From Candidatus Woesearchaeota archaeon (GTDB taxonomy: Archaea > Nanobdellota > Nanobdellia > Woesearchaeales > UBA583): a DNA stretch of 64,000 bases. The notes under the pieces were generated by a model. The model had not been told where the DNA came from and ran no database searches. It saw only the letters and a program-made list of their open reading frames with translations. The stretch covers positions 7,585 to 71,584 of the forward strand of contig JBLKOJ010000001.1 in NCBI GenBank assembly GCA_047602745.1, in the 5' to 3' direction. Made by a program: the position numbers and the translations under genes. Of the stretch, positions 9,028 through 18,654 are shown piece after piece. Each line of letters begins with the position of its first letter. Position 1 is the stretch's first letter.

Positions 9028-9354
9028 TTACTTTTCTTTAATCCTATTATATATTCTTATTACAAATTCTTTATATTCATGTAAATATAGTTTAACGGCA
9101 TCAATAGTTGATTGTTGAGTTTTTTTTGTACTAACTGCTATAAGTAAAATAATGCAAATATCTTCATAAATCAAAAAATAGACTCTCTTTGAATTAATTT
9201 TTTTCTCTCTAAAATAAGTATAACCTAAAGGTTTTCCTAATTGAGAATTAGTTTTTAAATGTTCAATTAACTTATTTAATTCTTCAAGTTAAATTTTAGA
9301 TAAAATTTTATTTGCATACTTATCAAAATCAGAAACTTTAAAAACTCTATTCAT
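9028..9354 (-). pseudogene. RelE/ParE-family toxin homolog interrupted by one in-frame TAA (9289..9291)
   Basis: Translation is MNRVFKVSDFDKYANKILSKI*LEELNKLIEHLKTNSQLGKPLGYTYFREKKINSKRVYFLIYEDICIILLIAVSTKK.... It fits the RelE fold pattern (..kkI.e.ieeLaenP...G..L.G....YR.iY.i.d..i.il.i.hRk). No antitoxin gene lies upstream. Confidence 0.5.
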
Positions 9355-9362
9355 AATGATAA

Positions 9363-9387
9363 TTTATCATTCAATATATTTAAACTA
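9363..9387. repeat. Degenerate copy of the 31-bp repeat core (TTATCATTCAATATATTTAAACTAG)
   Basis: About 70% identical to the repeat core. On the minus strand its TTTAAATA sits about 22 nt upstream of the RelE-like ATG. Confidence 0.4.
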
Positions 9388-9434
9388 GTTTTTATTAATC
9401 TTAAAAAACAATGATGAAAATTATATAAACTATT

Positions 9435-9466
9435 AACAAATCATCTCTAATATTTAAACTATTAGT
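9435..9466. repeat. 31-bp direct repeat, copy 3 (one mismatch)
   Basis: AACAAATCATCTCTAATATTTAAACTATTAGT. Shares the ATTAG extension with copy 2. Confidence 0.7.
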
Positions 9467-9616
9467 TAAGTAATAATATTCACACAAGTCTGCTATTTTG
9501 AAAATAATTTGTAAAATAACTGAGTTAAAATTGACAAAAATATAAAATTAGCAGACTTATTTCTCCTCTTAAAAATACTATAAAGATTTTTAAAAAAAAT
9601 CTGTCTCATAAATCAT

Positions 9617-10171
9617 ATGGAATTATTTTTATATCTCATCCCAGCAGCACTTATCTTATGGATAATTATTGTGTACAATAGTTTAATATCTTTAAAAAAT
9701 CAAGTGCAGAACTCGTTTTCAGGAATTGATGTTCAATTAAAAAGAAGAAATGATTTAATACCAAATCTGGTAAATACCGTTAAAGGATATGCTACTCACG
9801 AACGAGAATTGTTTGAAAATATTACTCGACTTAGAATTTCAATAATGAACGCTTCAAATAACTCTGATGTGAAAGAACTTGCAAAAAATGACGATATGAT
9901 GACCAGTACATTAAAAAGTCTTTTTGCAGTATCAGAGAATTATCCTGATTTAAAAGCAAATGAAAACTTCTTAAACTTACAAAACCAAATTGCAAGAACA
10001 GAAGACCAAATTGCAGCTTCAAGAAGAATTTATAATAATAATGTAATGACATTTAATTCCAAAATTCAAGTGTTTCCAAATAATCTTGTAGCACAAACTT
10101 TAAGCTTTAAAGAGTTTGATTTTTTCAGTATTCAAGAAAACGAGAAAGTAAATCCTAATGTAGAACTATAA
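9617..10171 (+). CDS. lemA: LemA family membrane protein
   Basis: N-terminal TM helix followed by YNSLISLKNQVQNSFSGIDVQLKRRNDLIPNLV, the typical LemA N-terminal signature. Length 184 aa. Confidence 0.8.
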   Translation: MELFLYLIPAALILWIIIVYNSLISLKNQVQNSFSGIDVQLKRRNDLIPNLVNTVKGYATHERELFENITRLRISIMNASNNSDVKELAKNDDMMTSTLKSLFAVSENYPDLKANENFLNLQNQIARTEDQIAASRRIYNNNVMTFNSKIQVFPNNLVAQTLSFKEFDFFSIQENEKVNPNVEL

Positions 10172-10173
10172 AA

Positions 10174-11214
10174 ATGGAATCTCAAATACAACAGCAACAA
10201 CAAAATCCTCAATTTTGGGATCCAACTGGAAAGCTTCCAAATTTAACTCAGTTAGAGCAAAATAATATAGTAATAAGAGATAAATCTCGATATTGGAGAG
10301 AAAATTTTTCAAAAATAAATCAGATATTTTACTCCATATATGTAAGTTCTTTTATACTCTTTAGTATCTTAATTATATTCTCACAAGCATTTGAATTATT
10401 TATTGCTTTTTTTTTTATATATTTTGTTATCATTGCAATATTTTATTCTGTACTTCATTCAAAACTCAAATCTCTTAAAAAAGATTTAGTTAAACTAGAA
10501 CTTGCAGAACATAAAAACTGGTTATATGAATCTGAAAAATCTCTTGAGTTGTATAGAAAGTATTATACGTTTTTTCCCGAAATTTTTAATTTAGGGGAAA
10601 AATACCAAAACATTGAAGACATATTCTGGGGAAATATTACAAGAAATTCAGTCAATCATTCTTTTGTATCAGGATTATTCAATTATACATACACAGTAAC
10701 TCAAAGAACTAAAAACTCAACACGAAGAAGGGATGTCCATTGTTGTGATCACTTCTTTATTTTAAAACTTCCAAAAACAATTTCTTCACGATTTTATCTA
10801 TTTCCTAAAAATTTAATGAACAAATTTACAAATATGTTTACCAAGAAAAATATACAAACCGAATCATTAGAATTTAATAAACGATTTTCATTTTCTTATC
10901 AACAAAATGGAAGTGAAGTTCAAATTGATATCATGACCATACTCTCTCCTAGAGTCATTGAAGAACTCGTTAATTTCTCAAAATCAAAAGAGAAGAATAT
11001 GTTCTCAGGCCATGGGTCTTTAATTAATGGGCTTGAAGTTCTTTTCACACAAAACTGCGTAATTTTTCTAACTCCAGGGCCATTACTTAAAAAATTACAA
11101 GTTTCCATTTCTCCTAAAAGTCTTGAAATAAGTCAAGAAGAGGTAGCAGAAGTAGAGAAACTAATGAATTTTTATATTGATATCTCAACAGAAATTTCAA
11201 AATATTTAAATTAA
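10174..11214 (+). CDS. LemA-associated membrane protein (possibly DUF3137-like)
   Basis: Starts 3 nt after lemA. Contains two TM helices. LemA genes are commonly followed by DUF3137 or TPM-domain partners. Confidence 0.35.
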   Translation: MESQIQQQQQNPQFWDPTGKLPNLTQLEQNNIVIRDKSRYWRENFSKINQIFYSIYVSSFILFSILIIFSQAFELFIAFFFIYFVIIAIFYSVLHSKLKSLKKDLVKLELAEHKNWLYESEKSLELYRKYYTFFPEIFNLGEKYQNIEDIFWGNITRNSVNHSFVSGLFNYTYTVTQRTKNSTRRRDVHCCDHFFILKLPKTISSRFYLFPKNLMNKFTNMFTKKNIQTESLEFNKRFSFSYQQNGSEVQIDIMTILSPRVIEELVNFSKSKEKNMFSGHGSLINGLEVLFTQNCVIFLTPGPLLKKLQVSISPKSLEISQEEVAEVEKLMNFYIDISTEISKYLN

Positions 11215-11249
11215 AAAAATATTTAAATATTCTTCTCCTGTAGTAATAA

Positions 11250-11870
11250 ATGGAACAAACTAAAACTCAAATATTTTATGTACACGGTGGGATGACTTTT
11301 AAAAATAAAGATGACTATTTGCATTTTTTAAAAAATAGACCAATATCAATTGATGAAAAAATTAAATGGTCTGGAAACTATCTCAAAGAACAATTAAAAA
11401 ATTGTACGATAATCAAACCTAGAATGCCTCTTCAAGATAATGCACAATATGAAGAATGGAAAATTCATCTTGAAAGACATTTTGAATATCTAACTGATAA
11501 CATTATTTTAATAGGTGTGTCTATTGGAGGAATATTTTTATCTAAATATCTATCTGAACATATCTTTCCTAAACAAATTCTCTCAGTTTATTTAGTATGT
11601 CCTCCTTTTGATGATACATTAATTGGAGAAGATTTAGCAGGAGGATTTGAACTTCAAGATGATTTATCTTTAATTGAGAAAAATTGCAAGAACGTAACTC
11701 TTATATTTTCAAAAGATGATGATTGTGTCCCTGTAAATCATGCTGATAAATATAGAGAAAAACTTCCAAATGCAAGTATTATAATCTATGAAAGTAAAAA
11801 TGGTCATTTCAAAATTAAAGAATTCCCTGAAATTATAGAATCAATTAAAAACGATTTAAAAAATCTCTAA
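11250..11870 (+). CDS. Alpha/beta-hydrolase-fold serine hydrolase (RBBP9/YdeN-like)
   Basis: GVSIGG (GxSxG nucleophile elbow), about 200 aa, with later D and H candidates. Confidence 0.5.
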   Translation: MEQTKTQIFYVHGGMTFKNKDDYLHFLKNRPISIDEKIKWSGNYLKEQLKNCTIIKPRMPLQDNAQYEEWKIHLERHFEYLTDNIILIGVSIGGIFLSKYLSEHIFPKQILSVYLVCPPFDDTLIGEDLAGGFELQDDLSLIEKNCKNVTLIFSKDDDCVPVNHADKYREKLPNASIIIYESKNGHFKIKEFPEIIESIKNDLKNL

Positions 11871-11912
11871 AAAAAGTTCAAATATTTCAAAGAAATATTT
11901 TTTAAAAAAAAT

Positions 11913-12890
11913 CTACTCGAATTTATCTAACAGCTCCTCTACATCCACATTTGAAATATCTTGTTTTACAAGAGCAACATCTGCACTCTCAGGAAGCTCA
12001 TCTAAATACGTTGATCTCTCACTATCATTGTGATAAAACACACCACACGGAATTTTTTCATCTTTAAATAATCCTGCTTTTTCTCTATGTACTAATGCTA
12101 AAGACCAATGTTTGTTAGTTGGATTATAATCATCACTCTCTTCAATTCTAAAACATCGCTCTTTAAAGAACTGATGATTTTTAGACGGATTATACGAAAC
12201 ACATGGTTGCAACATCTCTACAACTGCAAACCCTTTATGATTCATAGCTTGTTGCATAATTTTGACAGTATGCTCCATATCTCCTGCAAAACATCGTGCA
12301 ACAAATGTAGCACCATTAGTTATTGATTGCTCAATTGGATGAATTGGTGTTTCAATAGACCCATTTGGAGTAGAAACTGTTTTTGTTCCTTTTGGTGAAG
12401 TAGGAGAAGTCTGTCCTTTTGTAAGTCCATAAATTTCATTATTATGAATTAAATACGTAACGTCTAAATTTCTTCTTGCACTATGTACAAAGTGTCCCAT
12501 TCCTAAACCAAATCCATCTCCATCTCCTCCTACAACTACTACATTCACATCTTTGTTCACAAGTTTTAATCCTGTTGCTACAGGAAGAGCTCTTCCATGC
12601 AATGTCTCAACTCCATAACATTTAATATAGTGTGGGAATTTTCCTGCTTGACCAATTCCTGAGACAATACATACTTCTTCAGGACTCAATTGTAAATTTA
12701 CAAGTGCTTTTTTAAACGCTAGTAAAATAGCAAAATTACCACATCCAGGACACCATTGAGATTTATGCTCTGGTTCATCCCAATCTTTCACCTCACTTGC
12801 ATGTTTATCATACAATCTTAATACTTCTTCATGATCATTAATCTCTCCTGATTTTTTCAACACATCTTCTGGTGTATTCACTAGCTTCAT
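11913..12890 (-). CDS. korB: 2-oxoacid:ferredoxin oxidoreductase, beta (TPP-binding) subunit
   Basis: CPGCGN motif and GDGD.FG.G TPP-binding motif (VVVGGDGDGFGLGMGHF). Overlaps the alpha subunit gene by 4 nt. Confidence 0.85.
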   Translation of the reverse strand: MKLVNTPEDVLKKSGEINDHEEVLRLYDKHASEVKDWDEPEHKSQWCPGCGNFAILLAFKKALVNLQLSPEEVCIVSGIGQAGKFPHYIKCYGVETLHGRALPVATGLKLVNKDVNVVVVGGDGDGFGLGMGHFVHSARRNLDVTYLIHNNEIYGLTKGQTSPTSPKGTKTVSTPNGSIETPIHPIEQSITNGATFVARCFAGDMEHTVKIMQQAMNHKGFAVVEMLQPCVSYNPSKNHQFFKERCFRIEESDDYNPTNKHWSLALVHREKAGLFKDEKIPCGVFYHNDSERSTYLDELPESADVALVKQDISNVDVEELLDKFE

Positions 12891-14674
12891 TGTTCTTCAC
12901 CTCCAAATTGTCCAAGAGCCCTTTGTTTCACAAATTCCTCTACATCTGCGTACACATCTTCAAAGAAGAATGGTCTTGCATCATATTTTAATCGCTTTTG
13001 TAAAATATTTAATCCCGTATTCATTCGAATAAGAGAGTGAAGTTGCGCAGTGATATTTCCTTCAAACAACATCACCTTGTCTGCTTCTACATCTTTTCTC
13101 AATATTGAATCAACATACTCCCAATTACATGGATTCAAAAACATGAAATGGATATGTCTTACTTTTATTCCATCTTGCTCTAAATATTTTGTTGCTTCTT
13201 GTAAAATTGTTTTGTTAGAACCCCATGAGACAAGTGTAATATCATAACCTGTTTCTCTTCCTAAAACTTTGGGCTTAATCATCTCACGATCAATATTATC
13301 TAACTTTCTCTGTCGCTTTTCCATTTGAAGTCTGTGCATCTCACTTTCTTCACTTGTCCATCCACTCTCATCATGCTCATATGATGAATTCACATGACAC
13401 GCACCTTTTTGACCCACAACTACACGCTTTGAAATTCCACTCTCAGTGAGTTCATATCGTTTATAATTTTCAAGTTCAACATTTGGATCAAATTCTTGAA
13501 AATATCCTCTATCTACTTTTAAATTACTTGTATCAAATCGAGGTGTAGTCATCACGGATGCTGAAATGTGTTTATCTAAAAGTACAATTGTTGGTGTTTG
13601 CACTAAATCTGCAATATTAAATGATTCAAATCCTCCATAATAAAATGCTTCTTCTAAGTCTCCTGGAGCAAATACTACTTTTGGAAACTCTCCTGAACCT
13701 GAATACAACACATGCATCAAGTCTCCTTGATCAGTATACGTTGGAAGCCCTGTTGATGGTCCTGCTCTCATACACTCAAAGACAACTACTGGATTTTCAG
13801 ACATCCCCGCAAATGAAATCGCTTCATTCATCAGAGCATATCCTCCTCCTGATGTTGCTGCTAATGAACGTGCTCCTCCAGCTGCTGCTCCAATAATATT
13901 ATTAATCGCTGCAATTTCATCTTCTGCGTGCTTAGTCGTAATGTTATGAGATGTTTCTCGCGCAGCAAAAAATGATAAAAATGAAGAAGAAGGAGTCATT
14001 GGATATTCACTGACAAATTTAAGGCCCGCTTTTAATGCTCCAATTGCTGCTGCGTCATTTCCAGTCATCATTACTCTTGAAGTTGTATTTTCAACTGTTA
14101 CAATTCTTTTAAGTTTTTTATGAGCATAATTCTCATTTACAAATTTGACTCCTCTAAGAGCAACATCGACATTAGTATCAATAATTTCTTGTGATTTCTT
14201 AGCAAAGTGTTTAGCAAGCGTTTGAGAAATAATCTGTTTTGCATCTTCATCACTACTGCTAATTAAACCAACAATTGCTCCAAATACAACAGTGTTTTTA
14301 AACCGCTTTCCCACATCTTCAATAAGTGAGTCAATTGGAACTCCAATATAAAAATCATCATGTAAATTCATGCTCTCTACAAGTTTTGCATCTGTAACTA
14401 CCAACCCCCCTCCATTTCGTGAACTTACATCTTCTTCTACTGCAAGCTTATCCATACACGCAACAACATCATGATATTTCATCTCAGCTGTAATAGTATC
14501 ATCTTCTGCTCGAATAGAACACGTATTATGTCCTCCTTTAATCAATGAAGGATAATCAGTAGTATAGACAACTTCTAGACCACTGAGTTTAAAGTATTTT
14601 GCAAGAAGTAACCCAACTGTAAACACACCTTCTCCTGCTGGACCTCCAACTTTTATAGAAATCTTATTTTGCAT
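12887..14674 (-). CDS. korA: 2-oxoacid:ferredoxin oxidoreductase, alpha subunit with a fused gamma-like N-terminal domain
   Basis: N-terminus KVGGPAGEGVFTVG (gamma domain), then the alpha-domain pattern. The 595-aa length fits two-subunit archaeal OFORs. Confidence 0.85.
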   Translation of the reverse strand: MQNKISIKVGGPAGEGVFTVGLLLAKYFKLSGLEVVYTTDYPSLIKGGHNTCSIRAEDDTITAEMKYHDVVACMDKLAVEEDVSSRNGGGLVVTDAKLVESMNLHDDFYIGVPIDSLIEDVGKRFKNTVVFGAIVGLISSSDEDAKQIISQTLAKHFAKKSQEIIDTNVDVALRGVKFVNENYAHKKLKRIVTVENTTSRVMMTGNDAAAIGALKAGLKFVSEYPMTPSSSFLSFFAARETSHNITTKHAEDEIAAINNIIGAAAGGARSLAATSGGGYALMNEAISFAGMSENPVVVFECMRAGPSTGLPTYTDQGDLMHVLYSGSGEFPKVVFAPGDLEEAFYYGGFESFNIADLVQTPTIVLLDKHISASVMTTPRFDTSNLKVDRGYFQEFDPNVELENYKRYELTESGISKRVVVGQKGACHVNSSYEHDESGWTSEESEMHRLQMEKRQRKLDNIDREMIKPKVLGRETGYDITLVSWGSNKTILQEATKYLEQDGIKVRHIHFMFLNPCNWEYVDSILRKDVEADKVMLFEGNITAQLHSLIRMNTGLNILQKRLKYDARPFFFEDVYADVEEFVKQRALGQFGGEEQ

Positions 14675-14844
14675 AGTAAAACCTGCACTTTCAAGTATAA
14701 ATCACTTTATTACTTCTCTAAAATGGAGAATTTAGTTAAGAAGATTATAAGATAAGAAGATTATAAGATTTTTACGAAAATTTAATTTAAACAGCTATGT
14801 AAGAAAAAAGAAACTATTATAAACTTTAAAATATCAAAAAATAT

Positions 14845-15342
14845 ATGAATATTGTAAGTAAATTTATCATTTTTTGTCTTCTCTTAATATATGTTATTCA
14901 ATTCTCTCATCCATCAGTATTTCAACACACTCCAACATGTGAATTAAGAGGAGAAATTATCAATATTGAAAAAAAAGAAGAATTTATCGAACGCTGCACC
15001 ATTGAAGGAAACTGTCCGTTGGGAGAATTTGTAGAATATCTTCCTTCCAGATATGAAATAACTATTTTAATCTCTAATATTAAAACTCTTGAAGAATCTA
15101 GTAGTGATTGTCTTTTAGTATTTGGAAGGAATACTCCATTTACTATGAATCTTCCATTTGAAAATGTACATAGTGAAAAACTATTAAATTCAGGAAATAT
15201 TTTAACAGCAAATATAACGTACTCTTTAGAAAATGAAATTAAATCTTACAACGTCTATGACCCTCGTACAATTCCACCTCCTCCTGAGAAACCTAAAACA
15301 ATATTTGGGTTAATGTGGGGTTGGTTTATAGGGTTGTTCTAA
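14845..15342 (+). CDS. Hypothetical secreted/membrane-anchored small protein
   Basis: N-terminal signal/TM segment (FIIFCLLLIYVIQF). Four Cys in the ectodomain. C-terminal hydrophobic tail. Confidence 0.4.
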   Translation: MNIVSKFIIFCLLLIYVIQFSHPSVFQHTPTCELRGEIINIEKKEEFIERCTIEGNCPLGEFVEYLPSRYEITILISNIKTLEESSSDCLLVFGRNTPFTMNLPFENVHSEKLLNSGNILTANITYSLENEIKSYNVYDPRTIPPPPEKPKTIFGLMWGWFIGLF

Positions 15343-15460
15343 TATATTTTATAATCATAATTCTGCTTGACTTTCAAAAAATACTTCAAAAGAATCCTAA
15401 ATTCTCAACGCTGCAATAGTGATAAATATATTTTAATTCTAAAAACATTTAATTAATATT

Positions 15461-16255
15461 GTGGATATTTTTAAATCGGTAAGAGGTCTATTTTTTCTTT
15501 CATTTTTAGTAATATTTGGATCATTTATTTTTTACCATTTTAGTGTTGGAAATTATGTTATTTCCTCTTATGGAATTTTAATATCGTTTGTTATATATAT
15601 AGCATATACCATATATGTGTCAATTAAAAAAATCAAAAGACAACCAATTGAAATTCTAACTGAAACTATTGCTGTATTTAGTGTATTTTTATTCCCTCTT
15701 CTTGCATATGGTTTTGTCCTATTTGAAAATTCAATTGAAGGAGTTTTATTATTAGTAATATTTTCATTTATGCAAATTTTAAATTTTGTAAAAAATTGGG
15801 CGTATGAAGTTCAACATTCAAAAGGATTTCCAATTGTTCTACATGGATTATTTTTTCCTCTTATTGTATTTATATCGCAAATAATCGCTCCTAATTTTGA
15901 ACAAGCATTATTTATAGTATATTTCATCATAACAAGTATGCTTAGTGTCACCCCTTATAATTTTATTCAATATCAAGGAGGATTATTTGAAGAAGAAAGA
16001 AAAAACAATAATAATGATGAAAATACAATATCTCATAATTCATCTACTTTTAAGGAAAATATTCAAACTATTAATGATGATAAACAAAATGAACAAATTA
16101 CAAATGAAGATAACTTACTATTAAATTCAATTCCTTATCTTAATAAAGATTCTATGAATCCTCAGAATGAACAAATGTCAGAGTTTGAATTTGATGATGA
16201 TTCAATAGATGAAGAAGATGAAAAATTCTTTAATTCTCTTGAAAAATTCAAATAG
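15461..16255 (+). CDS. Polytopic membrane protein with an acidic C-terminal tail
   Basis: At least five hydrophobic helices followed by a D/E/N-rich tail. Confidence 0.45.
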   Translation: MDIFKSVRGLFFLSFLVIFGSFIFYHFSVGNYVISSYGILISFVIYIAYTIYVSIKKIKRQPIEILTETIAVFSVFLFPLLAYGFVLFENSIEGVLLLVIFSFMQILNFVKNWAYEVQHSKGFPIVLHGLFFPLIVFISQIIAPNFEQALFIVYFIITSMLSVTPYNFIQYQGGLFEEERKNNNNDENTISHNSSTFKENIQTINDDKQNEQITNEDNLLLNSIPYLNKDSMNPQNEQMSEFEFDDDSIDEEDEKFFNSLEKFK

Positions 16256-16571
16256 ATAATTTTGAACCTTAATTTAAATTTCCACCACTTCTTCTTTTAT
16301 AAATTTATAAAAATTCTCAATTATTATAGTTGATGATAAATAATTGTGACCTCAATTTTCCAATTATAATGAATCTCCATTTTTTTAAATTGTATATTTG
16401 AAAATCTAAATTCAGAAATGAAGATTTTTTAATTTCAAAAACCTATATTAAAAATCTAAAATGATATTTTTTAGAAACTTAGAAATTTACAAATTCAGGA
16501 GATTTTCAGCTCTTTTTATAAAATTAAAAAAATTACTTTATTGAAATTTAGTGTTTTATTTTTTTAAAATT

Positions 16572-18521
16572 TTAGTTCATCTCCTCTTTTAAAATTTGAC
16601 TAATAATTTTTCCTTGAGCTTTTTTACCAAGTTTTTTCATACATATTCCCATTAATGCCCCAAATGGTGCATTTAAATTTTGTGAAATAATTTTTTTAAT
16701 TTCAACTCTTACCTCTTCAATACTGAGTTGTTCAACAAGCAGATTATTCTCTTTAAGATATAACTCTAAATTTTCAACTTCTTGAAGTTTTTGAGTATAG
16801 AGTGAAATGAAAATATCTCTTATAGTTTGTGCATTAAGATTTTTATGTATTATTTGAGAGAGTAAATCTTGCAAAAGATCATAGGAAAAATCAACAGGTT
16901 CAATATTGTCTCTTTTTTTAATATCTTTTGGAATGGTAATAATATAGTTGTATAATTCTTTAGCTTTAAGCTGAGTTGATTGAATAAGAGTTGTGATACT
17001 GTATTCATCATATTTTTCAAGCATTGATAATAATTCATCTTTTGATAACTCAAATTCTTGTTCTAAACGTTTAATTTTATCATTATATTTTTCAGGAATA
17101 GATTGTTCAAGTTCTTGAAGAGGAAGAGATGTAAGAGGAACGGTTCTAATATCGGTTTCTGGATACATTCTACTTGCTCCTGGCATTGGTCGTAAAAATT
17201 GAGTTATTGATCCTTTGGGGTCAACTTGACGCACTTCTTCTTGAGCTCCTTGAATTAATTCATTAATAATTTCAAATACATTTTGTAAAGATTGAGTTGC
17301 AATACTTGTGTTGTGAGCAATTAAAATAAATCCATCTTTTAACGAATCAAGTTTAAGTGTTGAATATACTTTATCAACTTCTTCTTGAGTAATATTATAT
17401 TTTGGAAGTTCATCACTATGAAATAATCCTTTAATACTTGGATATGTTTTTTTATTACGATTAGAAATTTCTGTTGCAAATCTATACTGTTCTTGAATTT
17501 CGTGTCCCAAAATTCCTTTTATATTATAGAGTTTAATTGCTAGGACTGAACTATGTTCTTCTTTAAGAGCTTCATTAATTACTTTTGCTTGTGTATTTTC
17601 AAATATGGAGGTTATATCTACAATTTCATAATCACTAAGATTGTTGTGAGTGATTCCTTTTAATTCACACTCCTCTTTAATTGAGTTCATAATAAGCTGC
17701 CTCTTTGCTTCTGCAATTACAATTTCAGGAATTAATTCTAAATTTTGAGCTCCTTTAATTTCAACTCTTTTACCAACTCCCACAGATACATTTAAATCTT
17801 GTCTAATGGTTCCAAGGCCTCTTCGTGTTGTTGAAAAACTTCTTAAAATATTTCCAATTTCATATGCTACTTCTTGAACTGCAATAGGTGTGTGCATTGT
17901 AGGCCCTGTAGTAATTTCAATAAGAGGAATTCCTTGTCTATCAAGTGAATAAATATGCTCTTTTCCTATTTTTGAAATAATTCTTGAGGAGTCTTCTTCT
18001 AAATTCATTGCATAAATTGGAATGGTACCATGCTCAGTTTCAATTGCTCCTCCAACTCCCAATAAAGCAGTTCGCTGAAATCCTGAAGTAATGGAACCAT
18101 CAATAATGAGTTTTCTCATAAATGTAAGGGTGTCAATAAATTGTAAATTTAACATTTGACCCACTTGAATTGCAGTATGCAGTGCTTGAGTATTTGGATA
18201 TTGGGGAGGTTCTTCATCTAAATCTACAAGTGTTGCAATTTCATCATTATAGAGATATTTATACGTATTTTGTTGTTTAAATGCATGCATTGCAGCACTA
18301 TCCACACTTCCATCTTCTGCTTTTGAAAATCTCAATTTTCTCACTATTGATTTGTTAAGTTCTTCATTTGGAACTATTTTACATGGAGCTTTAGAGAATA
18401 ATTTTCCAGTGTTGAGTTGTTGATGAATTTCAAGTCCTGCAACAAGTTTTATTTCTTCATAATTAAGAGATTCTAAATCTTTTAAGAATAGTAGTTTTGA
18501 TTGTGACATTATATGATACAC
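16572..18521 (-). CDS. gatE: Glutamyl-tRNA(Gln) amidotransferase subunit E (archaeal GatE)
   Basis: GLEIHQQLNTGKLF... N-terminal signature, about 630-650 aa, with a C-terminal GatB/YqeY-like tail. Confidence 0.75.
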   Translation of the reverse strand: MYHIMSQSKLLFLKDLESLNYEEIKLVAGLEIHQQLNTGKLFSKAPCKIVPNEELNKSIVRKLRFSKAEDGSVDSAAMHAFKQQNTYKYLYNDEIATLVDLDEEPPQYPNTQALHTAIQVGQMLNLQFIDTLTFMRKLIIDGSITSGFQRTALLGVGGAIETEHGTIPIYAMNLEEDSSRIISKIGKEHIYSLDRQGIPLIEITTGPTMHTPIAVQEVAYEIGNILRSFSTTRRGLGTIRQDLNVSVGVGKRVEIKGAQNLELIPEIVIAEAKRQLIMNSIKEECELKGITHNNLSDYEIVDITSIFENTQAKVINEALKEEHSSVLAIKLYNIKGILGHEIQEQYRFATEISNRNKKTYPSIKGLFHSDELPKYNITQEEVDKVYSTLKLDSLKDGFILIAHNTSIATQSLQNVFEIINELIQGAQEEVRQVDPKGSITQFLRPMPGASRMYPETDIRTVPLTSLPLQELEQSIPEKYNDKIKRLEQEFELSKDELLSMLEKYDEYSITTLIQSTQLKAKELYNYIITIPKDIKKRDNIEPVDFSYDLLQDLLSQIIHKNLNAQTIRDIFISLYTQKLQEVENLELYLKENNLLVEQLSIEEVRVEIKKIISQNLNAPFGALMGICMKKLGKKAQGKIISQILKEEMN

Positions 18522-18654
18522 AAGTTCTTCATAATTTATAAGGTTTGTTTTTATATTTCTTATATAATATCTATTAAAATTTAAAATAACAATAAGTATT
18601 TATCTTTTAATAACTAATATTTAATTAACAAAAAATAAATATTAATTGAGAAAA

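Noticed and set aside
9289-9291. Genome-wide reassignment of TAA to a sense codon as the explanation for the in-frame stops in the RelE paralogs
   Set aside because: Many well-supported genes in the window terminate with TAA. For example 5639..5893 ends in TAA one nucleotide before the next gene's ATG, and the Sec61-beta and RelE genes themselves end in TAA. Global recoding is therefore implausible. Local readthrough or pseudogenisation remain.
7889-9466. Possible CRISPR array, given the repeated 31-bp motif
   Set aside because: Only 3-4 copies, with irregular spacing of about 900 and 640 bp rather than 30-40 bp spacers. Protein-coding ORFs lie between copies. No cas genes.
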